From: a virus
Taxonomy: Duplodnaviria; Caudoviricetes
IMG/VR virus record: IMGVR_UViG_3300010236_000012
Span: 1 to 29,467 of that record
Reading direction: 5' to 3' (one strand)
DNA length: 29,467 nucleotides
Shown here: positions 1 through 9,474 of the stretch, in pieces
Numbering within the stretch: the stretch's first letter is position 1
Layout: every line of letters begins with the position of its first letter
Notes under the pieces: generated by a model
Told to the model about the DNA's origin: nothing
Database searches by the model: none
What the model saw: only the letters and a program-made list of their open reading frames with translations
Translations under genes and position numbers: made by a program

Positions 1-254
1 TTTTCCATAATTCCTGTAGCAAGTTCGTTGTTTTTCAGGAACTCTGGATCAAACTGCGGATCAAAATCCTGAGCACAATCATATTCAGATGGAAGCAAAT
101 CATAATCATAAATTCCGTCACCATCAGGAACCATACCAGAACCAACAACAGTTCCATCCGAACTCACAAACTCACCAAAGGAAAATGGGTATTGCCTATA
201 CCCCCTTCCGTGACGAATATAAAGCTCGTTCTTTTTCCAATATTCATCAGCCAT
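1..254 (-). CDS. Hypothetical acidic protein (partial, runs off window start), late operon
   Basis: My translation MADEYWKKNELYIRHGRG...DFDPQFDPEFLKNNELATGIME is open to the edge; SD AAGGAGG upstream; overlaps the stop of the GT gene. Confidence 0.75.
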   Translation of the reverse strand, partial: MADEYWKKNELYIRHGRGYRQYPFSFGEFVSSDGTVVGSGMVPDGDGIYDYDLLPSEYDCAQDFDPQFDPEFLKNNELATGIME

Positions 255-1131
255 CTTGTGTTTCCTCCTTCTTTCTAATTGGTATACACTCCCTAGTCAG
301 GGGGTTTTCGCGATGATCAAAATCGAATTGCATCGTTTTGCTCATCTTTTGCAGAGGAATAAATGTTGGATCAGGAAGAAATAATTGATTGAGATTATAT
401 TTTTCATGTATCTCTTTCAATATTTCTCTGTTTTCCTCTGTAAGTATTATTTTATCAAGCAAGTGTCCTATCTTAACAGTTGTATCGCAATAGATTCCAA
501 TACCACCTACATAATGATTTGCCTTTACGCAGAAGTATATGTCCTCTGTGTGTCCTGTTCCTGTCTGGAACCACGGTTTAGGAACCATTTTAAGAAGTCT
601 CGTATCAATAATGGTACAACAACAGCCAAGAGCGTCACATTTGACAAGACCATCATCTTCAACATAATCTTTATACTCCTCAAATGCTTTCATTTTCTTG
701 TTTTCACCAACTTCATACAGCTTGAAAATCATAGGTTTAAACGGGTATCCACGAATAAAAGCTAATGCTTGAAGTATGTGAATTTTTTCAGAATTATTTA
801 TAATTCTTTTAATCATTTCAATAATTACTTTTGCATCAGGAAAGTACATATCATCATCATAAAAGAATAAATAATCACAATTATAATAAAGAGCCAGTTC
901 ACCGGCATCATTTCTTGCTTTATCAATAGGTGTTCTCCACGGAGCAGTAAAAACTATATCATCAAGTGCAGGGTCTTTAGGATCAGCAATTTCAATTTCT
1001 ACTCCATGTAACGATCTTTCCACTTCTTTTCCAAGACGATAAAATAATTGCAAATGTCCAGAATAAACAATAGGATCAACTTGATATAAGTTAGTTGCTA
1101 TCATTATCTTTATTTTCTTACTTTCCTCCAT
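247..1131 (-). CDS. GT-A fold (GT2-like) glycosyltransferase
   Basis: KARN..G.LAL...DYLFFYDDDM (DxD), GCCCTII, PWF, TEDIYFC and KIGH motifs typical of GT2-like enzymes. Confidence 0.85.
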   Translation of the reverse strand: MEESKKIKIMIATNLYQVDPIVYSGHLQLFYRLGKEVERSLHGVEIEIADPKDPALDDIVFTAPWRTPIDKARNDAGELALYYNCDYLFFYDDDMYFPDAKVIIEMIKRIINNSEKIHILQALAFIRGYPFKPMIFKLYEVGENKKMKAFEEYKDYVEDDGLVKCDALGCCCTIIDTRLLKMVPKPWFQTGTGHTEDIYFCVKANHYVGGIGIYCDTTVKIGHLLDKIILTEENREILKEIHEKYNLNQLFLPDPTFIPLQKMSKTMQFDFDHRENPLTRECIPIRKKEETQDG

Positions 1132-1312
1132 TTTCAGCCCCCCTTGGCTTAAAGAATAATAGTCTGAAAAACAGTTTAATTATTTCCCATCGAGTGGGGT
1201 TTGCCCCCGCTACTCTGGTTTCAGAGCAGAAGGGGCATTTCCCGAACTTCTCAATTTCAACATCGGTGACTATCTTATGACAAGCATAGCACCTGTAAAC
1301 AGTTACATGCAC
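1118..1312 (-). CDS. Small Zn-ribbon protein (~64 aa)
   Basis: CYAC...CPFC pairs; likely GTG start at 1312 overlapping the upstream stop, since the longer ORF-track start lies inside the decoration gene. Confidence 0.65.
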   Translation of the reverse strand: MHVTVYRCYACHKIVTDVEIEKFGKCPFCSETRVAGANPTRWEIIKLFFRLLFFKPRGAENGGK

Positions 1313-1743
1313 CTGATGAACACCCCACCAGTATAAAGAGTAGTAGAAGTTGTTTTGGATGCAGAAAGAGCAAGAACAAAGTTGGGCTGAATACCAGAAG
1401 CGGCACCAACCGAAACAGACATATACAGATGACCAGAAGATGCAGAACCTACGGCCATAACTGCACCGCAATCAGCCGCTGCATCAGAAGCATTGATTAT
1501 CTGCGCATCGGAACGATAACCATAGCACTGAACCAACCCATAGGAACCGGAAGCAATTGCCTTATCTGCAAGACCAACAACAAGGGTTCCATCAGTAGCG
1601 GCATCAGCAAGATAGCCAACCTTTCCATCATCTGTACCATTGAAGTGCAGACAAACGGGACGACCAATCAAAAGTGCTTCACCCGCTTTAACGGAAATGA
1701 AAACTTTTTCAGGATCAGTACGATTAAGTCTCGAAAACAGCAT
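1303..1743 (-). CDS. Putative capsid decoration/cement protein
   Basis: Directly after the MCP; small, Gly/Ala-rich; VVGLADKAIASGSYGLVQCYG pattern typical of head decoration proteins; SD AAGGAGG. Confidence 0.65.
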   Translation of the reverse strand: MLFSRLNRTDPEKVFISVKAGEALLIGRPVCLHFNGTDDGKVGYLADAATDGTLVVGLADKAIASGSYGLVQCYGYRSDAQIINASDAAADCGAVMAVGSASSGHLYMSVSVGAASGIQPNFVLALSASKTTSTTLYTGGVFIRCM

Positions 1744-1772
1744 AACGACAACCTCCTTATATTTGAATTTTG

Positions 1773-2837
1773 TTAAGCGGCTATAGCTTGGGAAACATTA
1801 TAATGAACACCCTGTTTTTTCCTATTAGAACAGCAAAGTTCACCCATAAGATAAATAATGGATGTTTTTGCTTTCTGGTTTTCAGGCTGAATAAACGGGC
1901 CAACAGTAAAATCCTGACCTTTACAAACAACAAATTCAATAAACTCTGAATTGATGAATGTTCCAGTAGATTTCGTGTAGGAGTCCCAATAGCTGTCAAC
2001 AGTATCAACCGTAATAGCAACTTCATCCTGCACCGAAGGAACATATTCGTCCCACATCAGAGTGGCCCCTTTGAATTTAAGGCCGCCAAAACCAAGGTCT
2101 GCTACCGTTTCATTTGTCATTATGATCTGACCTTTTGCACGGCAAGCATTTTCATAGCACTCATAATACTTCTGATCGCAAAGAATCTGATCAGGATGAC
2201 TACGTTTTCCCTTCGATCCACCCTTAGAGCAGGACAGATAGAGATTCAACATCTCAGAAATAAATCCTGCCCAAGTTGTTGCAGACGAAGATTTAATAAC
2301 ATTCCTCCACCAACTGTATGAGGACTGATTGATTCCACCTACAGTATCGGAACCGGACGGAGTTTTCTGAATCAGTTTGTAAAGCGGAGTGAGGTCAGCA
2401 CCACCATTACCTGCTGTGAAAGCAAGCATCATGGCGTTGACAACTTCTGTCATCGACATTTCAGTATTATTAGCCTTCTGCTGGAGAAGATCAATAATCT
2501 TATTCGACCCCTGGTTTTTCGCCAATTCTTTATTGGCAATCGTGGTAGAACCAGCAATTTCTTTCCATTCAAAATAAGCGGCAGTCATTCCTTCCTGCGG
2601 AGTCGTATCAATAACATCATACCCACTCGTCATGGATTTAATGGTAGAGTTGCGTCCGTATTCCAGAGGAATAACAATCCTTTCTCCACCATCTTCAATT
2701 CTCTTACGACCATTTGCATGAATCCAGTACCAGAACGGACATGCATTAAAGATATTATCGTACAACTTTGAACGATAATTCATCCAAGTGCTTGTAAGAA
2801 GATCGTCAAAGTTATAAGTGATAGAATTAACTGGCAT
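1773..2837 (-). CDS. Major capsid protein
   Basis: 354 aa after the scaffold-like gene; N-terminal DDLLTSTWMNY..L.DNIF, GGERIVIPLEYG, VGGIN...WWRN and LGFGGLKFKG motifs typical of a widespread phage MCP family; strong SD. Confidence 0.88.
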   Translation of the reverse strand: MPVNSITYNFDDLLTSTWMNYRSKLYDNIFNACPFWYWIHANGRKRIEDGGERIVIPLEYGRNSTIKSMTSGYDVIDTTPQEGMTAAYFEWKEIAGSTTIANKELAKNQGSNKIIDLLQQKANNTEMSMTEVVNAMMLAFTAGNGGADLTPLYKLIQKTPSGSDTVGGINQSSYSWWRNVIKSSSATTWAGFISEMLNLYLSCSKGGSKGKRSHPDQILCDQKYYECYENACRAKGQIIMTNETVADLGFGGLKFKGATLMWDEYVPSVQDEVAITVDTVDSYWDSYTKSTGTFINSEFIEFVVCKGQDFTVGPFIQPENQKAKTSIIYLMGELCCSNRKKQGVHYNVSQAIAA

Positions 2838-2855
2838 TTAAGCCTCCTTCCTGCC

Positions 2856-3677
2856 TCAACGATTCGCCAAATCCTCTTTGGCTTTTTCAAAGGCATCTTT
2901 CATTGAATTTATTTTCTTAGGCTCTTGTTCACCTTTACGGGAACTACTCATCTCAATGCGATTTTTGGGATTTGGTTTTCTCTGGTTATCATTCTGATTC
3001 TTTTTAGAATCATCAATTTTCTTCACAGATTCTTCACCAAATTTAATTCCAAGTTCTGCACATGCGAGCTTATGGAGTCTTTTCAAGTCCTTAAAAGCAG
3101 GGTTCTTGTAGCCCAATGAAGCATCACCGAGAGTGGAAGCAAGTTCATCCATTTTGGCTATAACTTCTCTGGTTAGCTTGTTGTCGGTAAGGTATGACCG
3201 GAAGCGAGTCTCAAACGCTTGCTTCGATTCGCTCTCCACAACTCTTGCATTGTTTACCTGAGATTCAACAATCTCATCCAATGCTCCGGCAATAACCTTG
3301 AAGAATGGGGCATAATAATCGTCATCCGCAAACTTCAACTTATCGACAAGTTTTTCTCGCTTTTTTGGTTCCGGTTTATCATCCTGAACTGAGACTTGTT
3401 TTCGCTCAAGCATCGTTTTCATCAAATCGACCATATCTGATCTTGTTTTCAGATTGTCGATTGACAGCTTCTGCTCTTTAACGCTATTAACAAGCTGTTC
3501 AAAGATATTACGATGTTCCTCTGGAACCTTAGAAACATCAAAATTTACAAGATCATCCATTCCATCTTGGATGTCATTACCACCTTTGTCCTCAACAATG
3601 TCATTACCTTCTTCGACAAACACTGTTAGAGTTCTTCCATCGTCTGAAATCACTTCATTACCCATAATTTCCTCCAT
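2856..3677 (-). CDS. Putative head scaffolding protein
   Basis: Acidic N-terminus, helical and charged, C-terminal SMKDAFEKAKEDL helix; just upstream of the MCP; start may be ATG 3665. Confidence 0.7.
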   Translation of the reverse strand: MEEIMGNEVISDDGRTLTVFVEEGNDIVEDKGGNDIQDGMDDLVNFDVSKVPEEHRNIFEQLVNSVKEQKLSIDNLKTRSDMVDLMKTMLERKQVSVQDDKPEPKKREKLVDKLKFADDDYYAPFFKVIAGALDEIVESQVNNARVVESESKQAFETRFRSYLTDNKLTREVIAKMDELASTLGDASLGYKNPAFKDLKRLHKLACAELGIKFGEESVKKIDDSKKNQNDNQRKPNPKNRIEMSSSRKGEQEPKKINSMKDAFEKAKEDLANR

Positions 3678-3694
3678 TCCCCCATTTTTTTTAG

Positions 3695-3880
3695 TTACGG
3701 TAAAGGACTCTTTTTAAGATAATTTGCAGCAACAACCATAGCTGATATAGCAGCAACAGAAGCAAGTTTAGGCAAACCTTCTTGCAAGTTAAAAGTTTCA
3801 GGAGCTACTATAATAACCGTTACAGAATTAGCCGCCGCACCAATCGCAGCACTTACCAACCCTTTAAGCCATGTATTCAT
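3695..3880 (-). CDS. Putative holin / small membrane protein
   Basis: 61 aa with two hydrophobic segments and basic C-terminus (YLKKSPLP); near the endolysin. Confidence 0.6.
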   Translation of the reverse strand: MNTWLKGLVSAAIGAAANSVTVIIVAPETFNLQEGLPKLASVAAISAMVVAANYLKKSPLP

Positions 3881-4134
3881 AAGTCCTCCACTATTTGTTG
3901 TTTTCCTTCGTCTTTTTCGATAGCATCAATGCTATGATTTTTATCTATCTTATCAAGACCCCAATCAATAACCTTTGCAAGCGGATTAGGCCACCATGGA
4001 ATCTTGCCTCCGTGTTTAACTTTTAGTTTTCCAAGTCTTGAAGAAATGGTTTCATCAGGATCACCCATCCAGATAGCATTTCCAAGTTGATCTATACCTA
4101 TAAGAACATTAACAATCCATTTCTTAAACATCAC
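3877..4134 (-). CDS. Conserved phage hypothetical protein in lysis cassette
   Basis: IDQLGNA...GDPDETISSRLGK motif recurrent in phage small proteins; 4-bp overlaps with both neighbours. Confidence 0.7.
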   Translation of the reverse strand: MMFKKWIVNVLIGIDQLGNAIWMGDPDETISSRLGKLKVKHGGKIPWWPNPLAKVIDWGLDKIDKNHSIDAIEKDEGKQQIVEDL

Positions 4135-4478
4135 GCCCTCCCCTGATATAACATACTGAAATGATTTCCGTCCTTAGATTTAAAATCACCACCCCACCTA
4201 TTGAGGGAATGGAGGGATTTCCAAAAATCTCCAGCTATCTGGTAGTCAGCACAACTTTTCAAGTAAATATCACCACGAAAAAGCATTAAATCAATGGCAA
4301 GACGAATTATATGGTTGGAATATTTAGACCCTTTTCCTTGTCGAGCGTATAATTCAGCTTGCTCTTGAGTTCTCTGCGCTTCACCAAAAGTAACCTCATA
4401 TCCTTTGGTATTCAAATATATTATAAGGCGAGCTATATTTTTCGCAAACAGTTGTTGTTCGTGAAGCAACTCACTCAT
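4131..4478 (-). CDS. Peptidase M15 family endolysin (L-Ala-D-Glu peptidase-like)
   Basis: RT.EQ..LY..G, SNH...AID and RWGGDF..D..HF Zn-binding motifs. Confidence 0.88.
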   Translation of the reverse strand: MSELLHEQQLFAKNIARLIIYLNTKGYEVTFGEAQRTQEQAELYARQGKGSKYSNHIIRLAIDLMLFRGDIYLKSCADYQIAGDFWKSLHSLNRWGGDFKSKDGNHFSMLYQGRA

Positions 4479-4795
4479 ACTTCTCTCCGTGTCAATTTAG
4501 GTTCATATGTTCTTAATCTGCCTTGTTTTGAAGCAAGCTCACTATCATTATGTCTTGCTATAGCATCACGAAGTTCATTTCTGTTACGAACAAATACAGG
4601 CTTATCATCAATATCACGAACCCATTGAGCTTCAAAATTAACACAATTAGTTGTTATGCGATGATACATAACCTCAGTTTTATTACCACATTTGTCACAG
4701 AATGGAAAACAGCAGTTCTCCATCTCAGAAACATTCCGATAAACATCTATGTGTTCATGTCCACATTCAGGACATTTAAAATCAAACAGAGGCAC
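4475..4795 (-). CDS. FmdB-like zinc-ribbon protein
   Basis: (M)PLFDFKCPECG...CDKCG; GTG start at 4795 with AAGGA SD preferred over ORF-track start 4861. Confidence 0.75.
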   Translation of the reverse strand: MPLFDFKCPECGHEHIDVYRNVSEMENCCFPFCDKCGNKTEVMYHRITTNCVNFEAQWVRDIDDKPVFVRNRNELRDAIARHNDSELASKQGRLRTYEPKLTRREV

Positions 4796-6599
4796 TGTTC
4801 TTTCCTTTCGGTGCAGGAGGACTACCCTTTTGCATATTATTGGGATTCCCTGTATTTGCAAGAGCGTTTTGAATCATCTGATTTCTTAACTGTTTTTGCC
4901 TCTCCATTTCCTCTTGTTCTGGAGTATTAAGAATTTCCTCAGCAGTAAAGGTCGAGAACATCCTTGAGAATACATTAAATAAACCATTGAAATTAATCTT
5001 AGTTTGTATAATTTCTGGTGGAAATGCAGGAATCATCTGCATCATCATCATAAAATCCGATCTTTCATTTTCAGGAATTTTAGGTGATGTACTTCCAACC
5101 TCAACATTAACAACAAAATGCCCCTGAATATCATCAGGGCTTACAGTTATCCAGTTGGCAGCTTTACCTTCACCACCTATATTAATTGCATCTTGGGTAG
5201 ACATATTAGCTTGCATTGACATAAGAAGTTTTTTGCCAATATCAGTAGCAAAATCCTCAACCAATGAACGCCTATCTTCTTTGCGAACTCCAGAACCCTG
5301 GGTTATCTGAGAAGCCTCATAAGCAGTTTTCCTTCTTTCAACACCACCCCTATCATACTCATTAGCTCCACCAACTTGCCAGAAATCCTGTTTGCATTGC
5401 TCGAAATTCTGAAACACAGCAGCATCTAAAGCTGGATCAGGTATAGGTTCCAATATCTTAGCAAGTGGAAGTTCTTTAACTTTGACCAATGCTCCATCAT
5501 CAGGATTTTTCATTTCCTCCATAGATTCATCATGGAATCCAGATGGTATATAAGCATACTTCCTGCCGAATTTCTTAGCATGTGCATTAATCATCGCACG
5601 TCCAATATTATATTCCTCCTGAATTTCTTTCAGAGGTTGAATATCAGACATAGGATATATCTCATCAGGTATCTGATTGAAATACAAGAAGGAATAAGGA
5701 TGTTTATCAATACCTTCCGGCATTTCATCCTTCCTATGTAGTTGCTCCTGATTACTATCAGATACTACAATAAGTCTATCATTCTCAATATCGTAAATCT
5801 CATATATTGTAAGACGTTTAATATCTTCCAGAAGTTCATCATAACCTTCTTTTTTCTTTAAGGATGTATCATCAAGATCAATTCCAGATTTAACGGAATA
5901 TGTTTCTTTTAAATCAGACTTATTAACATACCTTTTATCTTTCTTGAATGCATCCAAGCTGGTATGTATTTGTTCTATTATATATCGTCCATCTTCAATG
6001 AATGTTTCTTCCTCCAAATCAAACAGAAAAGCACCAGGCGATCTACGTTTACAGAAGAATTTATCTTTAGTTATAAGTTCTTCGAGTTCGTCCTTTATAA
6101 ATTGACCCTGATCGTTTGTTTCATATACAGGATTATTGTCGTCATCATAACCTTTTATTTTAAATTTACCATAATTTGGATTAACTTCAATATCAGGAAC
6201 GTATCCAGTTTTTATTACACCAAAGAAAAAGAAGGCGTCAAGTATCGCTGCCCTGATGTGTTTTTTAAGAGACACTCCAATATTATAATTGGCGTAATAG
6301 TTCAAATAATATTGTGCAGTATTGGCATTTTCAATCCATTGTTGTACATCTTTACCTGTAGGTCTTACAAACCATTTGGGGTTCTGAAAATACAGGTATG
6401 GAAGTTGGCTTTTAACATGAGGAAATATCAAATTAACAGTCGGCTTGTCCTTAAATATGGTTTTCCTATCCCCCCACTGATTACCTTTATAGAACTGGAC
6501 GTATTTCTTCGCAAGTTTCATCTTCTCCTTGCGAACTTTTTTAGCACGCTCAATACGTTCATGCCATATAATAGCATCGTTTTGCCGCTTCTTAGCCAT
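4782..6599 (-). CDS. Portal protein
   Basis: 605 aa directly after terL; FYKGNQW, VNLIF, KTAYEA (TATE-like) motifs and Gln/Pro-rich tail typical of P22-like portals. Confidence 0.88.
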   Translation of the reverse strand: MAKKRQNDAIIWHERIERAKKVRKEKMKLAKKYVQFYKGNQWGDRKTIFKDKPTVNLIFPHVKSQLPYLYFQNPKWFVRPTGKDVQQWIENANTAQYYLNYYANYNIGVSLKKHIRAAILDAFFFFGVIKTGYVPDIEVNPNYGKFKIKGYDDDNNPVYETNDQGQFIKDELEELITKDKFFCKRRSPGAFLFDLEEETFIEDGRYIIEQIHTSLDAFKKDKRYVNKSDLKETYSVKSGIDLDDTSLKKKEGYDELLEDIKRLTIYEIYDIENDRLIVVSDSNQEQLHRKDEMPEGIDKHPYSFLYFNQIPDEIYPMSDIQPLKEIQEEYNIGRAMINAHAKKFGRKYAYIPSGFHDESMEEMKNPDDGALVKVKELPLAKILEPIPDPALDAAVFQNFEQCKQDFWQVGGANEYDRGGVERRKTAYEASQITQGSGVRKEDRRSLVEDFATDIGKKLLMSMQANMSTQDAINIGGEGKAANWITVSPDDIQGHFVVNVEVGSTSPKIPENERSDFMMMMQMIPAFPPEIIQTKINFNGLFNVFSRMFSTFTAEEILNTPEQEEMERQKQLRNQMIQNALANTGNPNNMQKGSPPAPKGKNSASV

Positions 6600-8149
6600 T
6601 AATACGTCCTCTCATTTATAACACCAGTCGTCAATGCTCTCTTTAACCTTCTTTTCCACATTTCGAGAGAATTGCGTTCATAATTTTTAGTCTGACTGAC
6701 TTTAGAAGATGGCTTAAGTATTTCCAGAAGCATTTGTTCACTATCGGGAAGGTCATCATGCTTTGCCTTTGGAAATCTAAGAAGTTGATTTTCAAACTCC
6801 GTACCTTCCAGTTTTTTATTATGCCAAACGTGACGCGATTCATACCAAGGTTGTAACTTTTTTATGGAAAATTCCTTGTTCTCACGTGTGTTCTTTCCAA
6901 GTGGCTCCCAACTCATATATATCTTCTCGTCCATCATCTTTTTCTTGAGGAACGAGAGAAGCATCTTCTCAATCAAAGACTTCTGACCAGCAAATTTTAT
7001 ACAAGACCACTCGAAATATTTCTCAACCATCTTGTCAAGAAATTTAACCGGATCACAAGTCTCCCTTTCCCACCAAGCATCAAGAATATATATGTGATTT
7101 TGGTAATCCATCATACCAATTTCAATAACAAAATAATCATCACCGCCTTCAGTAGCACCGTCAATTGTCATATAACAATCGCCTACTGGAAATTCAACAC
7201 CATCATCCCTAACTATAGTATGCGTTGCAGGATTAATGTCAAAATACTGGAAATACTTCTCTTTAAATATCTGAGCTTCTTCCGGCAACGGTTCAAGCTC
7301 ATAACAACAAGAGAACATATATGTTCCCATAGATTTCTTAATGGATTTCAACTCATGTTCAGGATACCGTTCAGGAAATATAGGTTGTCCATTGATCCTA
7401 CAAGGGAACTTAATGACTTCTATATCATCACCAAATTGGCCTGCAATCATATCCATATAAAGGTCATTATCATCCCATATAGTACCAACAACATCCATAG
7501 GAGTTCGCGGATTATCCCGCAAAGGAAAGCATGCCTTGAAAAATTCTTTGATCTTATTCAACTGATCTAATGTTGTGGAGTTCTCTTTAGTAACCAAGTC
7601 GTCAAGAATGATATGGTCAAAGTGGCGAGATGTTAATGTAGAATCCGAACCAAACGCCTCAAATGTGTTCTCCATAACACGAAGCCCACCATTTGAATAC
7701 CTGTTCGGCACTTCAATATTGCTTCTAGTCCACACTGTCTCTGGTGCTTGTGGCTTTACAGGACACCATTCAGGGAAGAACAAACGAAATTTGTCGTTCG
7801 TCAAATAATGATTACCTATGGCTGTAACCATCGTTTGAGCATTCGCCAAGACTCCCGAAACAATCGCTATCCTTATTGCAGGATTGTTGAGTTGGAGTCG
7901 GATACCCTGCCCAATAGTCAAGATTGTCGTCTTGAAATGACCACGCGGAAGCAGCCAGAGACGTATGGATTTTAGTCTTTGTTCGTTAAGTTTCTTACAG
8001 ACACGATTCCAGTGGAAACCTACGGTGAGGTCACGATAACCAAGCAAATCCTTGCACAAAAGGTAATGATTATCCTTGTACTTGGATCGTAATTCTTTTT
8101 GTTCTTCATTAAGCTGCATTATCAGAAATCGTACTCGCTTGAAAAACAC
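6599..8149 (-). CDS. terL: Terminase large subunit
   Basis: Walker A PRGHFKTT, Walker B IILDDLV, coupling motif VGT.W, nuclease acidic motifs TIDGA and HDDLPD; start may be ATG 8119. Confidence 0.93.
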   Translation of the reverse strand: MFFKRVRFLIMQLNEEQKELRSKYKDNHYLLCKDLLGYRDLTVGFHWNRVCKKLNEQRLKSIRLWLLPRGHFKTTILTIGQGIRLQLNNPAIRIAIVSGVLANAQTMVTAIGNHYLTNDKFRLFFPEWCPVKPQAPETVWTRSNIEVPNRYSNGGLRVMENTFEAFGSDSTLTSRHFDHIILDDLVTKENSTTLDQLNKIKEFFKACFPLRDNPRTPMDVVGTIWDDNDLYMDMIAGQFGDDIEVIKFPCRINGQPIFPERYPEHELKSIKKSMGTYMFSCCYELEPLPEEAQIFKEKYFQYFDINPATHTIVRDDGVEFPVGDCYMTIDGATEGGDDYFVIEIGMMDYQNHIYILDAWWERETCDPVKFLDKMVEKYFEWSCIKFAGQKSLIEKMLLSFLKKKMMDEKIYMSWEPLGKNTRENKEFSIKKLQPWYESRHVWHNKKLEGTEFENQLLRFPKAKHDDLPDSEQMLLEILKPSSKVSQTKNYERNSLEMWKRRLKRALTTGVINERTY

Positions 8150-8651
8150 CAGTTAGATTATCGCGCTCGAACTCCAGTATCTCACTCTCCAATTTACTTA
8201 TATTATCTTTGCTCTCCTGAATCCTCTTGAAAGCATCATCTACTAAAACACTTTCAACAAATCTTTTCTTCTCCCCTGCCTCATCCATAAGATAAGCATG
8301 CAGCTTCATCGCCTTCCGCTTTATCCAATGCTCCTTCGACTCCAAACCCAACCTAACTATTTTAAGTATAGAATCCATTGCCTTAATGAACTCTATGCCT
8401 AACTCACTCCGCATCCTATTTCTGTCAATTACAGCAATGTATGAAAGCCCAACCTCCGCATACCTTATGGTCTGTTCTAAATCAGACTTATCCAACTCCG
8501 TTCTTAATTTGCCAAATACGTCATTTACAGTCAACCCTGACATCTTGGCAAGAGTTGTAACCGGCTTCCCAAGAAGTGCTTTATCTTTTACATACTGCGC
8601 ACCTAAGGATAAAGCTAGTGGTTTAGCAACTGTAACGTCCGTACATTCCAT
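8109..8651 (-). CDS. Probable terminase small subunit or DNA-binding protein
   Basis: 180 aa helical protein immediately upstream of and overlapping terL, with HTH-like LAKMSGLTVNDV; assignment is positional. Confidence 0.45.
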   Translation of the reverse strand: MECTDVTVAKPLALSLGAQYVKDKALLGKPVTTLAKMSGLTVNDVFGKLRTELDKSDLEQTIRYAEVGLSYIAVIDRNRMRSELGIEFIKAMDSILKIVRLGLESKEHWIKRKAMKLHAYLMDEAGEKKRFVESVLVDDAFKRIQESKDNISKLESEILEFERDNLTGVFQASTISDNAA

Positions 8652-8652
8652 C

Positions 8653-8970
8653 TCATTTCCAACTTACACCTTCTTGCCAATTTACACCCGATTCCCATTG
8701 AGTAGAGCCGGAATCCTCAACAATAGCAGTCAATGAAACAACTTCGCTCGATCCTCTTTCTTGTATCCTCCGCACAATATCATCAAGCGCAAAGCCATCA
8801 TCTACCGTAACCTGCTCCCCATCCTCATTATATATATATAATAAAGAAAGATCGCCATTAACCGAATTAACATACTGTTGAGTTACAGGATGATAACCCT
8901 TGGGTATCATGTATATTTTAGCTGCTTTAGTTGCCACAATGCTGCCTATTATGTATAAAGCATTTAACAC
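8653..8970 (-). CDS. Hypothetical protein
   Basis: Fills the operon with a 1-bp gap to the next gene; start uncertain. Confidence 0.6.
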   Translation of the reverse strand: MLNALYIIGSIVATKAAKIYMIPKGYHPVTQQYVNSVNGDLSLLYIYNEDGEQVTVDDGFALDDIVRRIQERGSSEVVSLTAIVEDSGSTQWESGVNWQEGVSWK

Positions 8971-9214
8971 ACATAATTAAGGAGGTAAGGAAGCTGGGCT
9001 TGGGGGATCGGGCCGGAGGACGAAGCAGCTTACCCGAATTTTGTCCAGCTTCCCTACCAACACCCGCGCTCAGACGCCTAACCCTTCCTTCATTGGGATG
9101 TTTTAATTCATATGCCCAACTAGAACATACTTTCAAATGTTGAATATATTCTTCGGCTGTATTAAAGAACACTTCCTTCTTTTCTTGTCTTTTACAGTAA
9201 TAACACTGTATCAT
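8927..9214 (-). CDS. Hypothetical Zn-finger-like protein
   Basis: CYYC...HLKVC; 4-bp overlap with the upstream gene. Confidence 0.55.
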   Translation of the reverse strand: MIQCYYCKRQEKKEVFFNTAEEYIQHLKVCSSWAYELKHPNEGRVRRLSAGVGREAGQNSGKLLRPPARSPKPSFLTSLIMCVKCFIHNRQHCGN

Positions 9215-9411
9215 ACAGACCGCCTACCAGTTCCACCGTATATATCATCAAACTCAGTCTTTTCACTTTCTTCCTCAGTAGCGTCTGCAAAACCAAGTGC
9301 GTAACCAGCTATTACGCAATTATTGCATGGTTCAAGTGTAATCTGCCCGTTATCCTCCATCCTTCTTATTGTAAGAACATCGCCGCACCTACACCTAGCT
9401 GATATTGACAT
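9211..9411 (-). CDS. Small Cys-containing hypothetical protein
   Basis: SD GAGGT; CRC...CNNC; first gene after promoter 9446-9474. Confidence 0.65.
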   Translation of the reverse strand: MSISARCRCGDVLTIRRMEDNGQITLEPCNNCVIAGYALGFADATEEESEKTEFDDIYGGTGRRSV

Positions 9412-9445
9412 TGTTCTACCTCAAATTAGATTATTGTTTATTTTC

Positions 9446-9474
9446 TTTATACCGGACTTTTTTAAAAATGTCAA
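9446..9474 (-). promoter_or_regulatory. sigma70-type promoter for the leftward packaging/head operon
   Basis: TTGACA-N17-TATAAA on the minus strand. Confidence 0.7.

Noticed and set aside
5964-7570. Long + strand ORFs (5964-6602, 7094-7570) and similar antisense ORFs
   Set aside because: They lie opposite portal and terL and have no motifs or SD; shadow frames
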